Assembly (NCBI RefSeq): GCF_036321535.1 | Contig: NC_087437.1 | Coordinates: 28,336,001-28,400,000 of the forward strand | Length of the DNA: 64,000 nucleotides | Reading direction: 5' to 3' | Source of the DNA: Camelus dromedarius | Taxonomy: Eukaryota | Part shown: positions 49,319 to 63,088 of the stretch, piece after piece | Position numbering within the stretch: position 1 is the stretch's first letter | Layout of the letters: every line of letters begins with the position of its first letter | Notes under the pieces: model-generated | The model's database searches: none | What the model saw: only the letters and a program-made list of their open reading frames with translations | Told to the model about the DNA's origin: nothing | Made by a program: the position numbers and the translations under genes

Positions 49319-51454
49319 AATCTGGAAGGCTGCATATAAAAATTGAATAGTTAATAATATCCCCAGCTAATTGAAACAAGGATGATCTTTATAGTTTTAA
49401 GTTCCTTATAGTTTTATGGTGATCATATATTACTGGTATAACTCCCATTTACCAAAAAAAATCCCATTTGTATACATACTGTGTATATATACATGTATCT
49501 ATATACCTATATCTACATCTATATCTATCTATCCCCCCCAAAAAAAGTATTTCCAGGAAGCAAAAGTGCATCATGTCCTGACCCTCAGATAACATTGGGT
49601 AAGGCTGATTTAGTTGGAAACACAGAATGAAGGATTTGAGCTTTGATATTTTTGTGAATTTTCAGTCACCATGAAACATAATGTGACTTCACTTGAAGCC
49701 TTCTGAAAGCTGAGTAACTGCTGGTAATTGGCTTTGGGGAAGAAAAGAATGCATTAAGGCTCATGTAAATGTTTTGTAACAAAAGGCACATTGTAAAGCT
49801 TTACAATATGACCACCAGGGGCTCAGTCAATAGTGGCCAAGTGGACAACCATACTTGCCATCAGACGTCAGAACTGATCTTCAAAAGCCAAAAATAGTTA
49901 ACTCTGTTGACAAAGACAGCCACCAACAAAGTGCGGAGGTTAAATCCCCTCTAAGAAGTACCTCTTCTTTTCTGATGCTTACAGTCCCGCAGATTGTGAA
50001 TCCCCACATTTTCAAATACAATCTCACTCATTGCTCAAAATAAACGAACAAAAAGAAAATAAATGAAGCCAATACATCATTTTAGGAGAGCCGCCAGCGT
50101 CATACAACACCATTGTTCCCTAGAATTCTTGTTATAAAAGGGGCCACAGACATCTCACGGGGGCTGTGATTTGCGGCAGCCGTCACCAGTGGCTGTTGCA
50201 TTGTTTTCTCTATGTTTAGGTGTGGCCAGTCCCCAGCAACTTTCCTCTGGGGACTCTTTTTCCTGACCTGACCCCCATTTTGAAATATGGTCTTCTGTTG
50301 TAGCGGTTTTGTGCCATTGAAGAAGAACATATCCTTTCTTTGTTTCACCATAGAAATAACAAACATAGCCCTTTCCCTGTTGGCAGAAGCGAAGGGTTTC
50401 ACTATTAAAATGCCTCTGCTCAGGAATTTGAAAAGGTCTTACAGAAAAAGGGTGTTTCTGACAAAAAAGCTTTCTGTTAATGTAATTCATCTGCTAGCAC
50501 ATGAAGGCTCTTAGAATTCATATAATTATTTGATTAAAATCATAATGAATGTTCCAGGAATGAAAAGTACTGTATCTTTAAATCATTTTATGTTTATGAA
50601 AAGATAAAATGAAAATGGAATGTTGATCAAAAATTTAATCAAGAAGTTATTCAAATACGTTAAATGGATTAAAAAATGAAAAATATTTTTAAAGTATTCT
50701 GTTTTATTTTATATTACTTATCCAAAAAGATTTGAAAGATTATTATTTATATTTTATAATTCATTAGTTCCAAATATAATTTTTTGAGAAATTGCTATGG
50801 GCAAGAAACTGAAATGGGACAAAAGCAAAGTAAAGCATATTTTTCCCACTTTGGAGTGGACAATATATAGTATATTTTCTTGATTCTAAGACTATTTTTG
50901 TTTCCCTATTGGAATAGGTCTCAAATCAAGATTGGCCTTTCAGTTAACGCATATATTAGAAAAAAAAGTTTTTAATTATTTTTTCATCTTACATTTGATT
51001 CCATTATTCTGCTGTACCTGATTGTCTAGAAGCAAGAATCAGAAGTTGGCACACCACTTAATATCATGGGAATGTTCCAAATCTCATTAGGGATAAGAGA
51101 CTGCATAGGCAAGGTCTGGAAAGAATCCTAGTCAACACCAGGTTATTTTTCTGGCTGCCTTACTCTACGTGAATAAGTGTTTCTGCCCCTAGAGAATCTG
51201 ACATATGTCCTAATAACTTCATGCAAGAAGATTTTGGAAAAGGGCATCATTACTTGGTCTGGGAAATTAGGAAAGCTTTCAGGATTCTGTAGCTGCCAGA
51301 TTATTTTTATTGAAGCATTGTTTTGCTTATATCATTTCCCTGTTCAAAAATATTAACTATCTCCCCATTCTAAGGCCCTAAAATTTGATCAAAGGCTCAA
51401 ATTCAGTTGGACTTCTATTGACGCCTCCTGTATTCTAGGATCGAGAGTAAGGCT

Positions 51455-51706
51455 GAGTGCTTAAAATGTGGCTCATGTGACTGAGGACTGAATTGTTAAT
51501 TGTATTTAATTTTAATTAATTAAAAAATGAAATGATATAATTCCTATATTGATTACATATTGAAATGGTAATATTTCTATATATTGAGTTAAATGAAATA
51601 CCTTACAAAATTTCATTTCACCTGTTTCTCTTTAATGTAACAACTAGAAAAATTTAAATGATGTGTGTGTCTTGTATTATATTTCTATTGAGCAATCCTA
51701 GTCTAG
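51455..51706. mobile_element. MER33-like hAT-Charlie DNA transposon (partial)
   Basis: aaatgtggctcatgtgactgaggactgaatt...tttcacctgtttctctttaatgtaacaactagaaaaatttaaat...attatatttctattg. Confidence 0.8.
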
Positions 51707-51789
51707 GAATAGTGAAAAAGCTTTATTTTATTGATGATATTGCATACTTCAAGAAAATATGCTTCCTCCTCCAGAGTTTCCTTCTTGAT

Positions 51790-52200
51790 TAAGAAGGCTG
51801 TAGTTGCAAGTGACAGAAATCTAAAACTTTATTGGCTCAATATGTGAAAAGAAGAGAGAAAAGGGTTCAGACATAGTTGGAGTCAGGGACTCTGATGATG
51901 TCATCAGAATTCAATCTTATTTGCTTGCCAATCTCAGCAAAAGCAGAGTTTAAAATGTCTAGAAATAAGTCTTATTGACTGGCTTGAATTCTTTGCCCAT
52001 CTTTGAACCAATCATCATAGCAACGAAAAAGAACTGAACTTACCTGCCAGACATTGGTCACATGTCAGTGTGAGGACAATCAATACCATTCACTTTACAT
52101 GGGCTGATACTAAGGGTTAGCCTGTTCCTCAGAGAAAAATCAGGAAACTTGTTACAAGAAGAAAAAGAATCAGTAATGTGGATAAGAAAAGAGCAGCCAG
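51790..52200 (-). mobile_element. Old MaLR LTR
   Basis: agttgcaagtgacagaaatc...ttcagacatagttggagtcagggactctgatgatgtcatcag...gcccatctttgaaccaatc. Confidence 0.6.
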
Positions 52201-52440
52201 AGAGGATCTGCAGCGGTAGGGAGAAAAATGCTTCCACTTTCTAAACTGTGCCCTGACAGGATGAGGGGGATAAAGTAAATACCAATGCATAGTCCAGATT
52301 TTCTCTTTATCTCATGCTGGTGCATCCATTGGCTAAATTTAACCAGAAGGAAGAGGGCACGAGAGCCTAGTGATGTGGTGAGTAGACATCAGCTTCTAGG
52401 CAAAAAAAAAGCAGAGCAGGAAAGGGTGAGATACACAGAA
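52200..52440 (-). mobile_element. LTR33-like ERVL LTR fragment
   Basis: ccattggctaaatttaaccagaaggaagagggcacgagagcctagtgatg. Confidence 0.45.
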
Positions 52441-54315
52441 ATACCCTGCAGAGTTCAATTATTCTTTTTGTGTTCCTGGCCCCTAATGTAATTTCTGGTT
52501 CTTTTCATTTATTTTTCTTAATGAACACAATAAATGTAATATAAACGTAGAATAGATGTGATTTAATTTGTAAACCTTTTGCAATGTTTTCAAATAAATA
52601 CATTCATGAACTAGAAGAAAAAATTTTGCCCAGTTTTGTATTTTCAAATTAGATTTGGAAAGTATCAGCATCACACCTATCAGAAAACTTATTCCGCTTC
52701 ACCCTTTACCTGGGTATCTAACTGATCCTCCCAGAACCCCAGTGAAGTTGGTATTCTCATCCCTCTTTTCAAATAAGGAACTAAGGGTTAGGTTAAAGGT
52801 ACTTGAGAATGATCAGACAATGCTTTTCTCTTCGATTCTCTAGCTGCACAAAAACAAAACAGAAAAATTATATGAATGCTTAAATATTATGGCCATTTCT
52901 TTCATAAGTTAAATATACAATGAATGAATCAGAAGAACTTATCTCACCACTGAGATATGCAGATAGCAACTGAAATATCGCTAACTCTGTAGTTTTATAG
53001 TGACCATGAAAATGTGTCTTAAGAAAAAAAGGTGGCTAAAAGCATGAATACATTTATTTTGTTTTAATTGAAATCTGTTTTCAGGAACATACGCACAGAT
53101 GCTTGCTTACTTTTATTGATCAGTGCATAATAGTAAAAAAAATGAAGGAAACAGAGATTGACAACCATAATGATAAATGTGGATGAAAATAATGGAAAAT
53201 ATGGAAGCTGTATAATATTTTTCCAATCTACATGATTTTGAAAGTTCTTTGGAAGGGTATTATGAATGCTCTACATGCAAGATATGACAATTACTGTGTT
53301 ACTGCCTTTCTTTATCAAAATACCCTTTTGTAAGAAAATAGGGCTTAATTTTTATTTTTAAAAAGGTATTTTCTTATATCAGATATATTATTCCTAATTT
53401 ATTTTTAATGCAAAATATAGTGTAATACTAACATAAACTCCTGATATGTATTTAAATATATCTTGCAAGTATGTGCTATTTGTCATATAGAAAGAGCTAA
53501 CATTTTATTGTACTTACGATACCCAGTAGCAATGAGCACCATTAAGCTCTAAACTGTGATCTCAAAAGCCCCTGTCCTACTAAAAGGAACCAAGGTCCTT
53601 TAGAGAAATGGCTAAGTTCAGGCCTGTGGTAGGAAACACACAAAATAAGCCCGGGTCACCTCATTGTTCCAAAAAGCAAGTGCATTATCAAAGAATATTG
53701 GAGTCATCTCAAAAACTTACAGTAGCCAATGACTGGAGCATTAAAAAAGGAAGAATGTTTCAATACATTGAAACAGAAGATAAATTTAACTCTACAAATC
53801 AATAGTAAGTTGACAGTTACCCAATAAATAAACGTCTAGAATGAAAGAACAGACAATTTACAAAACAGGAAATATAAAGGGAGATACAAACATTACAAGA
53901 TGTTCAATCTCCAAACTAATCAGGGAATATAAATTAAAAATATTAAGACAACAATTTCTTAGCAAATCTTTGAAAGTTTGATCATATTAAATATTGGCAA
54001 AGGAGGTTAAAAAAATAGGAAATGTTGGAAACTCAAACGGGTAAAGCTTTTTTTGACTGGGCAATTTTGCAGTGACAATATTTTAAATGTATGTACTCCA
54101 ACAATTTTACGTCCCCATGTCTACCTTAAAGAGAGACTTGCACATACTTTTTAAAGAAACAGCTGTAATGCTGCTTGCTGTCTAAATTATTTTTAATTGT
54201 GAAGAAGTTATACAAATTCTGTGAATAGAGGAATTAGGTATATATGAATCAGTTCAAAAGAATGACTTGGAGATATCTTCAAGCCATATTTTTAAGTTTA
54301 AAAAAAAGTCACAGT

Positions 54316-54421
54316 GAGGGGGTTGGGGTATATATCTCAGTGGTAGAGTGTATGCTTAACAAGCACAGAGTCCTGGGTTTAATCCCCAGTACCTCTGTTT
54401 AAAAAATTAACTTAAATTTTT
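54316..54421 (+). mobile_element. tRNA-derived SINE (Vic-1-like, short form)
   Basis: tatatctcagtggtagagtgtatgcttaacaagcacagagtcctgggtttaatccccagtacctc, homologous to 13690-13866. TSD aaaaa(g/a)tcacagt at 54303-54315 and 54422-54434. Confidence 0.88.
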
Positions 54422-54471
54422 AAAAAATCACAGTATCATGTTATTCATAAATTATTAATCCCATATGTTAT

Positions 54472-54498
<27 letters not shown>
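54472..54498. repeat. (AC)n microsatellite
   Basis: Seen directly. Confidence 0.93.
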
Positions 54499-54504
<6 letters not shown>

Positions 54505-54929
54505 TGTTATATACATATAGGAAATAGATCTGCAAAGATACACCTCAAACTGATGCCTCTGGGGAAGAGAATCCTTTTAAAGGGAAATAGAATGGAGTTT
54601 TGCTTTATCTGTATTTGTATACTGTAATCACAATAAAGTAAGTATTCTTCATTTTGTAATTTTTTCAATGTTAAGAAAAAAATCTTTTAATAACCCTCTA
54701 AAGTTGTCATTTAAGTCCCCACTTTATGGAGGTCTCAGAAATAATGGCTAACATGCCCAAAGTTAAGTAATAGCAGAGGTGAAAATTAATTCAGACTGAT
54801 CTTGGGGCCAGCAGTCAAACTCTTCTCTCTAGATCACAAGTAAAAATGATCTTCTATTTTGCACTAGTTAAAACTTCTTTAAGGAGAAACCTATTTTGGA
54901 GACAGATTTGGGAGCAATAAATATTTGCT

Positions 54930-55280
54930 TATTGAAACCATGGACTTATATTGAGGAAATTGTGGGTAAGGAGAAGGGCAGGCCCAAAAGAGAGAAGTGG
55001 CAACATTTAGTGGATGAACATAGTTAAGGAACCCTATAAGAAACTCCAAGAAAAACCTGGTACATAATCAGAAGGAGAGGATGAAGTCAAGAACTCAAGC
55101 ACAAAGACCACTTCTAGGAGGAGGGAGTGGTCAACAGTAGCAAATGTTGCACAGAGGTCAAGTATGAGGGCCTTGAAGCGTCATTTGGATTTGGTAACAA
55201 GGTTATGCGGTGACTTTGTCTTGGTGTCCAGGACAGACAGAAACCAGAATGCAGAGGGAGAAGCAGGTGGAAGATGGGAG
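54930..55280 (-). mobile_element. L2 LINE fragment
   Basis: ggaggagggagtggtcaacagtagcaaatgttgcacagaggtcaagtatgagg...catttggatttggtaacaaggtt. Confidence 0.75.
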
Positions 55281-55289
55281 GCTTTAACA

Positions 55290-55962
55290 GTACAGCAGGT
55301 CCTCAAAAATTTAAACATAGAAGAACCACATAATTTCACTTCTGAATATATACTCAAAAGAATGGAAAGCAGAAACTCAAACAGATATTTATACACTTAT
55401 ATTCATAGCAGCATTATTTACAACAGCCAAAAGGTGGAAGCAACCCAAGTATAAGTATCCATGAGGGATGAATGGATAAACAAAATGCAAAATATAAAAT
55501 TATATATCTATATATAATTATATATATATATATACACACACATACATTTTATATATATATAAAAATGGGGTGTGTGTATATGTATGTATAAATAATGGAA
55601 TATTATTCAACCTTCCAAAGGAAGAAGATTCTGACACATGCTACAACGTGGATGAACCTAAGTGAAATAAGCAGCCATGAGGATGAATATTCTATAGTTC
55701 CACTTATATGAGGTAAGTGGATTAGTCAATTCTTAGAGACAAAGCAGAATGGTGGTTGCCAGGGCTTGGGTTGTGGAAGGAGGATTGGGCAGTTATTGTT
55801 TAATGAATACAGAGTTTCAATTTGGGAGGATGAAAAGATCTGGAGACAGGGTGGTGATGATTGTACAACAGTGTGCAAATACTTAATGTCTCTGGAATAT
55901 GTGCTTAAAAATGGCAAAAATGGTCAGTTTTATTTATGCATTTTATACCACACACACAAGCA
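55290..55962 (+). mobile_element. L1MB-type 3' end with an internal (TA)n tract
   Basis: ttcatagcagcattatttacaacagccaaaaggtggaagcaacccaagt...aatggtggttgccaggggc-like...ggtggtgatgattgtacaacagtgtg. Confidence 0.9.
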
Positions 55963-56839
55963 AATGCTATGATGAGTTGAAGGAAGTCAGTGATGACAAC
56001 TTTCTCAAATAAGAAAGTAATAGGGCAGTTCAGTCAGAGGAGATGTTTTTACAACGGAGGAAACTTGAGCACATTCACTAGCCTGGAAAGGATCATTAGA
56101 GAAACAGAAATAGACACCCATCACCCAGGTAAAAGGGCACAAACACTGAGCTAGCATATTAAAGTCACCCACAGATGCTGAGCACTGTGCTTCCAGGACA
56201 GAGTCTGGGCCTTTGGGGTGATGTGAGAGGGGAGCAGAGGGGCCTAGTGTTTTATAACAATATTCAAACACAATAGTATTTAAAATTTATCAAAACACAC
56301 AGAGTCTAAGCAATGGCAATCACATCAATAGCTTTTTCTTCAAAAATTTTCCTAAAAGTATCTCACTAAAGAATTCAAGTCAAATTTTATGTCAGTGACA
56401 CTCTGGTGGGTTTGTTTTTTTTTTTGTTTTTTTTTTTTTTAGTCTGGTTTGGTTTTGGGTTTTGGGTTTTTTTTTTTTATGGGGGAGGCAGCTTTCTTAT
56501 TATTCATTTGTTTTTACTTACTGTAAATTTACATTAAGTATGACTTGAGATGAAATGGAAAATGTTTCCATTTTTAATCATCCCCTAATTATTTTTTATT
56601 GCCCCTTTGAAAATATGGCTAAGTGAAAAAGCAGAGTGTGATACCCTGAGAGCATGGTGGTTTCTGAAGTCCAGAAAGTGGTTCTTGCAATGCGTGGAGG
56701 TTTGCATAATTACTTAATTATTCTTGCAATCCACTCCCTTCCTCTTCCCTAACGAGCAAGGGGCAGGGGAGGGACTGCCACATACAAATTGCAGCTACTC
56801 ATTTGCTCCCATTACCCAGTAACTGGGAGAAGCATATAC

Positions 56840-57086
56840 CTGAGCATTTCCTTTTATTTGAAGTCGACAAAAATGTTTGCATTGATCAACTGTTTTTATG
56901 TCCTTTTTTGAACACTGTCTCTACTGTCCTGTAGATATTTTCAATTTGTGTTCCAACTTGTTAGAAACTTAACCAGTTAAATGTTCAGTATTGCAGGATC
57001 TGCACCTGTTTCTCATTCTTGTGGCTGAAGTTGAGAGAGACCATAGCTCAGGAATAAGCAACAGTTTCAGTTTTGCAATGCTTTAT
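56840..57086 (-). pseudogene. Candidate degenerate exon
   Basis: tag|...NKLEHKLKISTGQ*RQCSKKDIKTVDQCKHFCRLQIKGNAQ|gtatat. Stops occur in all frames and the frame is ambiguous. Confidence 0.22.
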
Positions 57087-58764
57087 CTATATGTAACAGG
57101 CAACTATTCATGAGAAAGGAAGTTTAAGACTTGTAGGCAAAAAACCACTACTCAGATTCCAGGAAAATGTTCGTCTACTGAAGTTTTTTCTTTTCTTTTT
57201 TAACTCTTTACCAGATTCTATAGTCAGATTAGCATTTAGGTCATACTCCAAAATACTTTAAATTAATTAGCCTTATAAAAGCAAGTTTATTCCTCCTTTA
57301 TCAGCTTGACAGTTTTCTTCTGCATAGAGCAGTATTTTCTGTTTTTCTATAATTATCATTTAGCCACACAGGAGGTGGTTACTTATGTAAATAAGCATTA
57401 CTTAATTAAATACAGATTTTGATAACTCAACTTTTCTAAAATTTGCTTACACATGTAAATATGTGTATACGTTAATTATATATCTATATACATAATTTAT
57501 AGCCTGTTAACCATGATTTCAAGCATGAGCTTTGTGAATCATTTTCCCTTCTCCATTGAATTTATAAAGCATAATGACTCTATGTTTCACAACTTCCTCT
57601 TTTGGTAGACTATCCTTTCAGAGAGAAAAAAAAAAAACTGTGTCTAGAGAAGAGAGCCCAGCAGAGAACAGAGCTCTTCGCAGTGCTGGTAGTCAAACTC
57701 AACTATTTAAGCAGCTCAACAAGCAACTGTAAATAAGACATAGAGGTAAGAAGAAAGTGTTACTTGCTATTTTTTTAAAATTTTATTTGGATAGCTATTT
57801 AGAGAACAAGAATTTAAATGCTGGCTGGATTACAAAGTAGGTTAGATAAAAGTGATACCTTTCTCAAGTAAGCAGTCAATATTTTAAATGAAGAAGTTTT
57901 ACAAATTTGCAGTTTCAACTTCACACACAATCTTTAAAAAGCTGTAAAAAATTGAAGTTCTTATCAATCACTAAATTATTTTAACTGCAAGGTAAAACAT
58001 TCTTTTTTCATAATTTTGTACACAATTTAGTAATTTAAAAATTTTATATTAATAATAAAATTTGAGAAATTTTTCTTCCCCTAGCTCTAGTAAATTCCTA
58101 ATATTTTGTAATATCAATTTGTTAGTTCTGCATGCTATTAATTTGACATTTTTCAGGAAAAAATATTCTTGCATTTGTTTACCCACTGTGAAAATATATT
58201 GTATTATATAAAATGTGACATTTCAATGTTATTTTTAATATTATCACATTATGATGATATTTAAATACTTTAGAAAAGCAATTTATAGTGTAGACAGAAT
58301 GGTTTTTAAAATCTAAATAAGTAAACTTGACTTTACAAATTCATGATTGCCTTAGTAATATCAGTTTATGGTTTAATGCTTAAAAATGGAGCAATAACTA
58401 AAACAAAGTAAGACCATTTGGGTTCATAACTGGAAATCAAACTAAGCTGAAACTGATCTCATTAGGAAATTCTAAAGTAACCTAAATCCAGCAGAAATTT
58501 TTTTTCTTGTTTGTCCCAATCTTGAGTAATGTTTATACATATTAACTACTTAATACAATTGTATTCATTATATAGCAATTTTTAAATCTTCCTTTTAAAA
58601 GCAGTTGGACTTTATATACTTTGGTAAAAATACTGCAGTTTATTTTAATGTGTATTTTAAAAGAAACTGTAGTTACATATATTTATACATTGAAATAATA
58701 TATATATTCAAATAACATATTTGAATGCTTGCTTAATTTGGTTTCCTTTTAATATTAGAGTAAC

Positions 58765-58869
58765 CGCATGGCTTCCAGAAAAGAAAGTCTGCATTGTTCC
58801 ATCAATTAATAGATTTAATTTTTATCAGTCTTGGTAAACAGTGCTGTCATACTGGTTCAATTACATTAC
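58765..58869 (-). pseudogene. Candidate degenerate exon (105 nt, phase 0 to 0)
   Basis: Strong acceptor gcttttttcccccag. Reads VM*LNQYDSTVYQD**KLNLLIDGTMQTFFSGSHA. Weak donor gttact. Confidence 0.3.
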
Positions 58870-59937
58870 CTGGGGGAAAAAAGCTTTTTAAAAAATATAC
58901 ATTCTCATGCAATGAAATGAGAGTTACTGTCTTTTGATTACAGAAAAGAAAAACAGACTGTTAGTGTTATAAATTCAGGAAAAAAACTGTTGACTCGAGT
59001 TTAACATCCTAACTAGATCAACATGTTAAAATTAAGTTGATAATTATGAGAAATCCATTAAAATTGTGCATCTTCATCTCTAGGTATCACACGCTCATTA
59101 AATACAACTACTTCCATCAGAACTTCATTGTTATTTGCAACAATACCACTTTTAATGTCCTTCTCTTTTAAAAAAATGATGGAAGTATTTTTAAATGTCC
59201 AGAATTTTAAGTATGAGATATTTTAACATCATGAACGATTAAGTGCTGAGGGTATGCTATACACATTGTGTGGTATTACACTGAATAACTGATAACAACC
59301 AAGAGAAAACATAGCCTAAGGGAATTACAATGTAAATTAATCACCGCTATAATTCAGAACAGCAAGTGAAGGCTGAAGAAGCAGATAAAATGCTATCTTG
59401 CTGGCAAGACAGATGTGTTGATGTTGTTGGTGAGAATTATCAAAGTCTCTAAATGAACAGCCTAGTCCTAAATTATGGAAAATAAGCTTAGAATTTGTTC
59501 TGCCTTTGAGAAAATTATATCTACAGAAAAAAATTAGTGCCTATCTGGTTGTGTTTGCATAAATCATACAGATTGTTGAAGGGGATGTTCTTGGCATTAT
59601 TAGGAGAACAGCTGGGTGCACTGCATAGGCTTTTTATTTCACATACTGTCATTAAAACGAAGGATTTAGACCCTGCCCCCAATCCAAAAATTTTAAGTAA
59701 AATTAGATACAATATTGTAAATAATTTGTTGCTGGAAAACATAAATTTTGACTTTTGAACTATAGACATTATGTTTTTTAAGATTACATTCATGTGACAC
59801 ACTAAGACATAAATTTTCATTGAATCTAATAAACGTTGAAATTGGATGACTGCTGTTCAGCATTGTGAAATTTTATACCTGTCTTAATGAGGCATGGTTG
59901 ACTGTGTGGCGTGTGGGTGATCTTGCTGGGGATCTAC

Positions 59938-60045
59938 CTGTCAATCAAGATCCAGGCTTGCTCCAGCTAATCTCACAGTTCAGTGGATGTCTCCCTCCTC
60001 TTTCACAGAACTTTCCAAAGCTGCCCACTTGTAGAACAGAACGAC
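59938..60045 (-). pseudogene. Candidate degenerate exon (108 nt, phase 0 to 0)
   Basis: cag|VVLFYKWAALESSVKEEGDIH*TVRLAGASLDLD*Q|gtagat. Both stops are TGA, explainable as CGA decay. Confidence 0.38.
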
Positions 60046-61019
60046 CTGCTAGTAGAATGTTCTATCCCACCCTGGCAAATATATCATCTTTCAAATAGTA
60101 ATTTCACTTTGAAACAATGATGTTGTTTGTTTTTGACAAAACTGGATTTCCAAAAGGATTTTTTTAAACATTGAAACATTTGTTTTGTTTTCCCTTCTTT
60201 TGGCCATTTCCCCATTTGCAAAAACAAAAAACAAAAAACAAGAGAACGTTGCTGCCTGAAAGACTATGGTTTAGGTATAGATTAAGAAGGATAGCGTGTT
60301 CTAAATACAGAAACAAAAATTCTCTAGATCTAGGTAATATGGGTCTTTCAGCCTTTTAAAAGCAAATTTATATCCACCCACATCTGTTGATCTTCTATTT
60401 ATTTTTAATGGATATGACTTCTAAAGAAGTGCCACCAGTAGGATATTCACGTTTATTTTATTAACAAAAGTATGTGCTAATAAGTGGGGAAATTATTGTG
60501 TTCCCAAAAACATGCATTGTGGCAGTACATGTTGTCTGTGGGATAGACTATGTATCTCATTTCCATAGAAGAAGTAATTTCTGCAAATATAAAGAATAAG
60601 GGCAAGGCCTTTTATATTTCTGGATATCCCCATTTAAAACAATACTCTAAATGCAGTCTAATTTACACATCTGCATCGTAAAAAATAAAAACACTGCTAA
60701 TTCTTAAAATATTTTAAATGCAAATTATTTGTTGTTTGAGCATTATTGTTATATTTCCAACACTACCTGACATCATTGATATTTTTAATTATTTGACATG
60801 AACTAAAATCAGAAAGTTAGATTTGATGTTTTCCAAATTGCTTTCAGCTTTATTTTTTCAGCATTCTATGCATGTACAAGAAGTAAGTTTAATTTTCCAG
60901 TATTATTGAGGAAAATATTAAATTTGTATTTTTAAATCCAAATTTAAAGAAAAATGGTACTAAACCCATTAATTAATATTAGAACCATAGAAAGTAGGTC
61001 AGAAATGAAGTTAGCCTAC

Positions 61020-61202
61020 TGGTGTTGCTCCACGGACAAGTATAAAATGTCACACCTCATTGTTATTCTGTTTTACAGATAGTTCATCATAAGTTTTTAG
61101 TTTTTTATATATGTATTGATTATCTCTTCAAAATTCTTCTTACTTTGGAAATGATGTAAATAGTAGTATGATCTTTAAAAACATCACCAGTTTGCTTTGA
61201 TT
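61020..61202 (-). pseudogene. Candidate degenerate exon with an IQ-like motif
   Basis: Strong acceptor ttctattttttttcag. Phase-2 reading (R)IKANW*CF*RSYYYLHHFQSKKNFEEIINTYIK-(shift)-KTYDELSVKQNNNEV*HFILVRGATP|gtaggc. Confidence 0.38.
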
Positions 61203-61419
61203 CTGAAAAAAAATAGAATTTTTCTTCAAGAAGTTTAATTTATTTTCACCTTTCATAAGAAAAAAATTTAAGGAGATACATTTAGTGTTTTCCTGTGTTG
61301 GTGAACAGAGCTGAATTAGGGGAAAGGCAAAAACATTCTCTATGCAATTAGGTGGCTGAGTAAAATAAAATCAGATATCTGATGGCAACAAATTTTTTTT
61401 AATGTTCACTAAAAATGCT

Positions 61420-63000
61420 TGTTGTATTTCATTTACTTGAATTTTTCTATTTGGAAGTAATTTTAAGCTCAAAAAAGTTGTAAAAATAAAAATAGTATAT
61501 TGAATTCCCATATACCCTTATCCAGTTTTGCTTAATCTTAATATTTTACCCCATTTGCTTTATAATTTGCTCTCATTCTTTCTATCTCCATTTTTTTTTC
61601 AACTACTTGAGGGCAAGTTACAAACAACATGGCCCTTTACTTCAGTGTGTAATTACTGAAAATAGAAAAAGTATCTTGTTTTAGAATTACATCTACTTCG
61701 TAAATTTACATGGATACAATTCTTTTATCTCATACTTTTCCAAATTCCAATTTTGCTATTTATCTAATAATACCCTTTATAATATTTCCCCTTCCAGTAA
61801 AGGATCCAGTCTAGACTCAAGTATCACATTTAGTTGTAATGTCTCTTTAGCCTCCCTTAATCTGGAACATCTCCACAGCATTTCTTTGCCTTTTATGGAA
61901 CTGAAAATTTTAAAGAAGACAACTTATTCACCTATCCTTGTTTCTTTTTTTCTTTTTAACAGAGAGTTCCTCATTTTGTATTTGACATTTTTTCATGGTT
62001 AGATTGTGGTTATACATTTTCTGCTAGAATACTATTCTAGAATTCTGTCCACCAACACAGGAAAACAATAAATACATCTGCCTGAATTTTTTTTCCTTAT
62101 GAAAAGTGAAAATAAATGGAACTATGGCATATATAGTTGTTGTTGTTTCCTCTCCTGCTGTCACATCTAGAGGCACGTGATACACTGGAGATGATAATTT
62201 AGGTCGCCTAGTCAAGGTGTTGCCTAATTTCTCCATTTTATATTAATGGCTTCTCATGGACAATAACTCCTGGGGTTTAGCGTTAACTGATGTTCTTATC
62301 GGATGCAGTCCATGCTGTACTGGTTACAAATGACGATTTTCCAACTCCAGCATTCCTTCCTTGCACATTCGTATCAGTCTTGTGCTTTCTAGTATAAGCA
62401 AAAAACAAAAAACAAACAAAAAAACCCTCTCTCCTCTCCCATTTATTTAATTATTATGTATCTACCTGTTACTGATATGAGCTCATGAATTTCTGTCTTT
62501 CCAATGGTTTATAAATCATTACTGCCTTAATTACTTTGGTGTTCAAATTGTCCACCTTTGAACAATGGAGCTTTTTCTTTCTGACTTCTGATGTCTTTGT
62601 AGCATGCCCCATCACATTAGTGAGTACTTTCTTACTTTCTGGAAGAAAAAGATGTTCTAGGGTGATCTGGTTCCCCTCCTGTCTTACCACTGGAATCATT
62701 CATTTCTCATTTCTTTTAGTGGAGAATGGTGTTAGAGGTTAAGACCTAGGTGTTAGCATACTCACTGCCACTGGACTGTTTTTCCTCCTTGACTCTTTCA
62801 GCAGAACTGTATCAATGTGTATACATGCAGAGAGACGTAAAGACACACATATGCATTCAAAAATGCGTATGCAGGCATACAGAAAAACACACATACACAT
62901 ATATGTATGTTTTGGACATCATGCGCCTGCTCAATTCCATAATACATCTAAAACAATTTCTGAATTGCTTTACCCAAACCACTACTATTATAAACAAGCC
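61420..63000 (-). mobile_element. L1MC4-like 3' region
   Basis: ggaagtaattttaagctc...gaattcccatatacccttta, ggatccagtctag..cacatttagttgtaatgtctctttagcctcc, and ctggaatcattcatttctc..cttttagtggagaatggt. Confidence 0.85.
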
Positions 63001-63088
63001 TGCTGAAAAAGAGGGCAGAGTGCACCTCTGCCCCCCACACCCATACCCCACCAAATACTGTGTTTGTAAATTACTGGATGAGGAAGTC

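Larger units (their letters stand above)
53515..54680 (+). mobile_element. Old L1 3' fragments (L1MC4-like then L1ME-like), interrupted by a SINE
   Basis: gatacccagtagcaatgagcac...ctactaaaaggaaccaagg...gagaaatggct, followed by A-rich L1 ORF2-end and 3' UTR-like sequence. Confidence 0.65.

Noticed and set aside
49809..49826. CTCF site (tgaccaccaggggctcag)
   Set aside because: One G short of the CCACCAGGGGGC core, so the conserved GGC is out of register.
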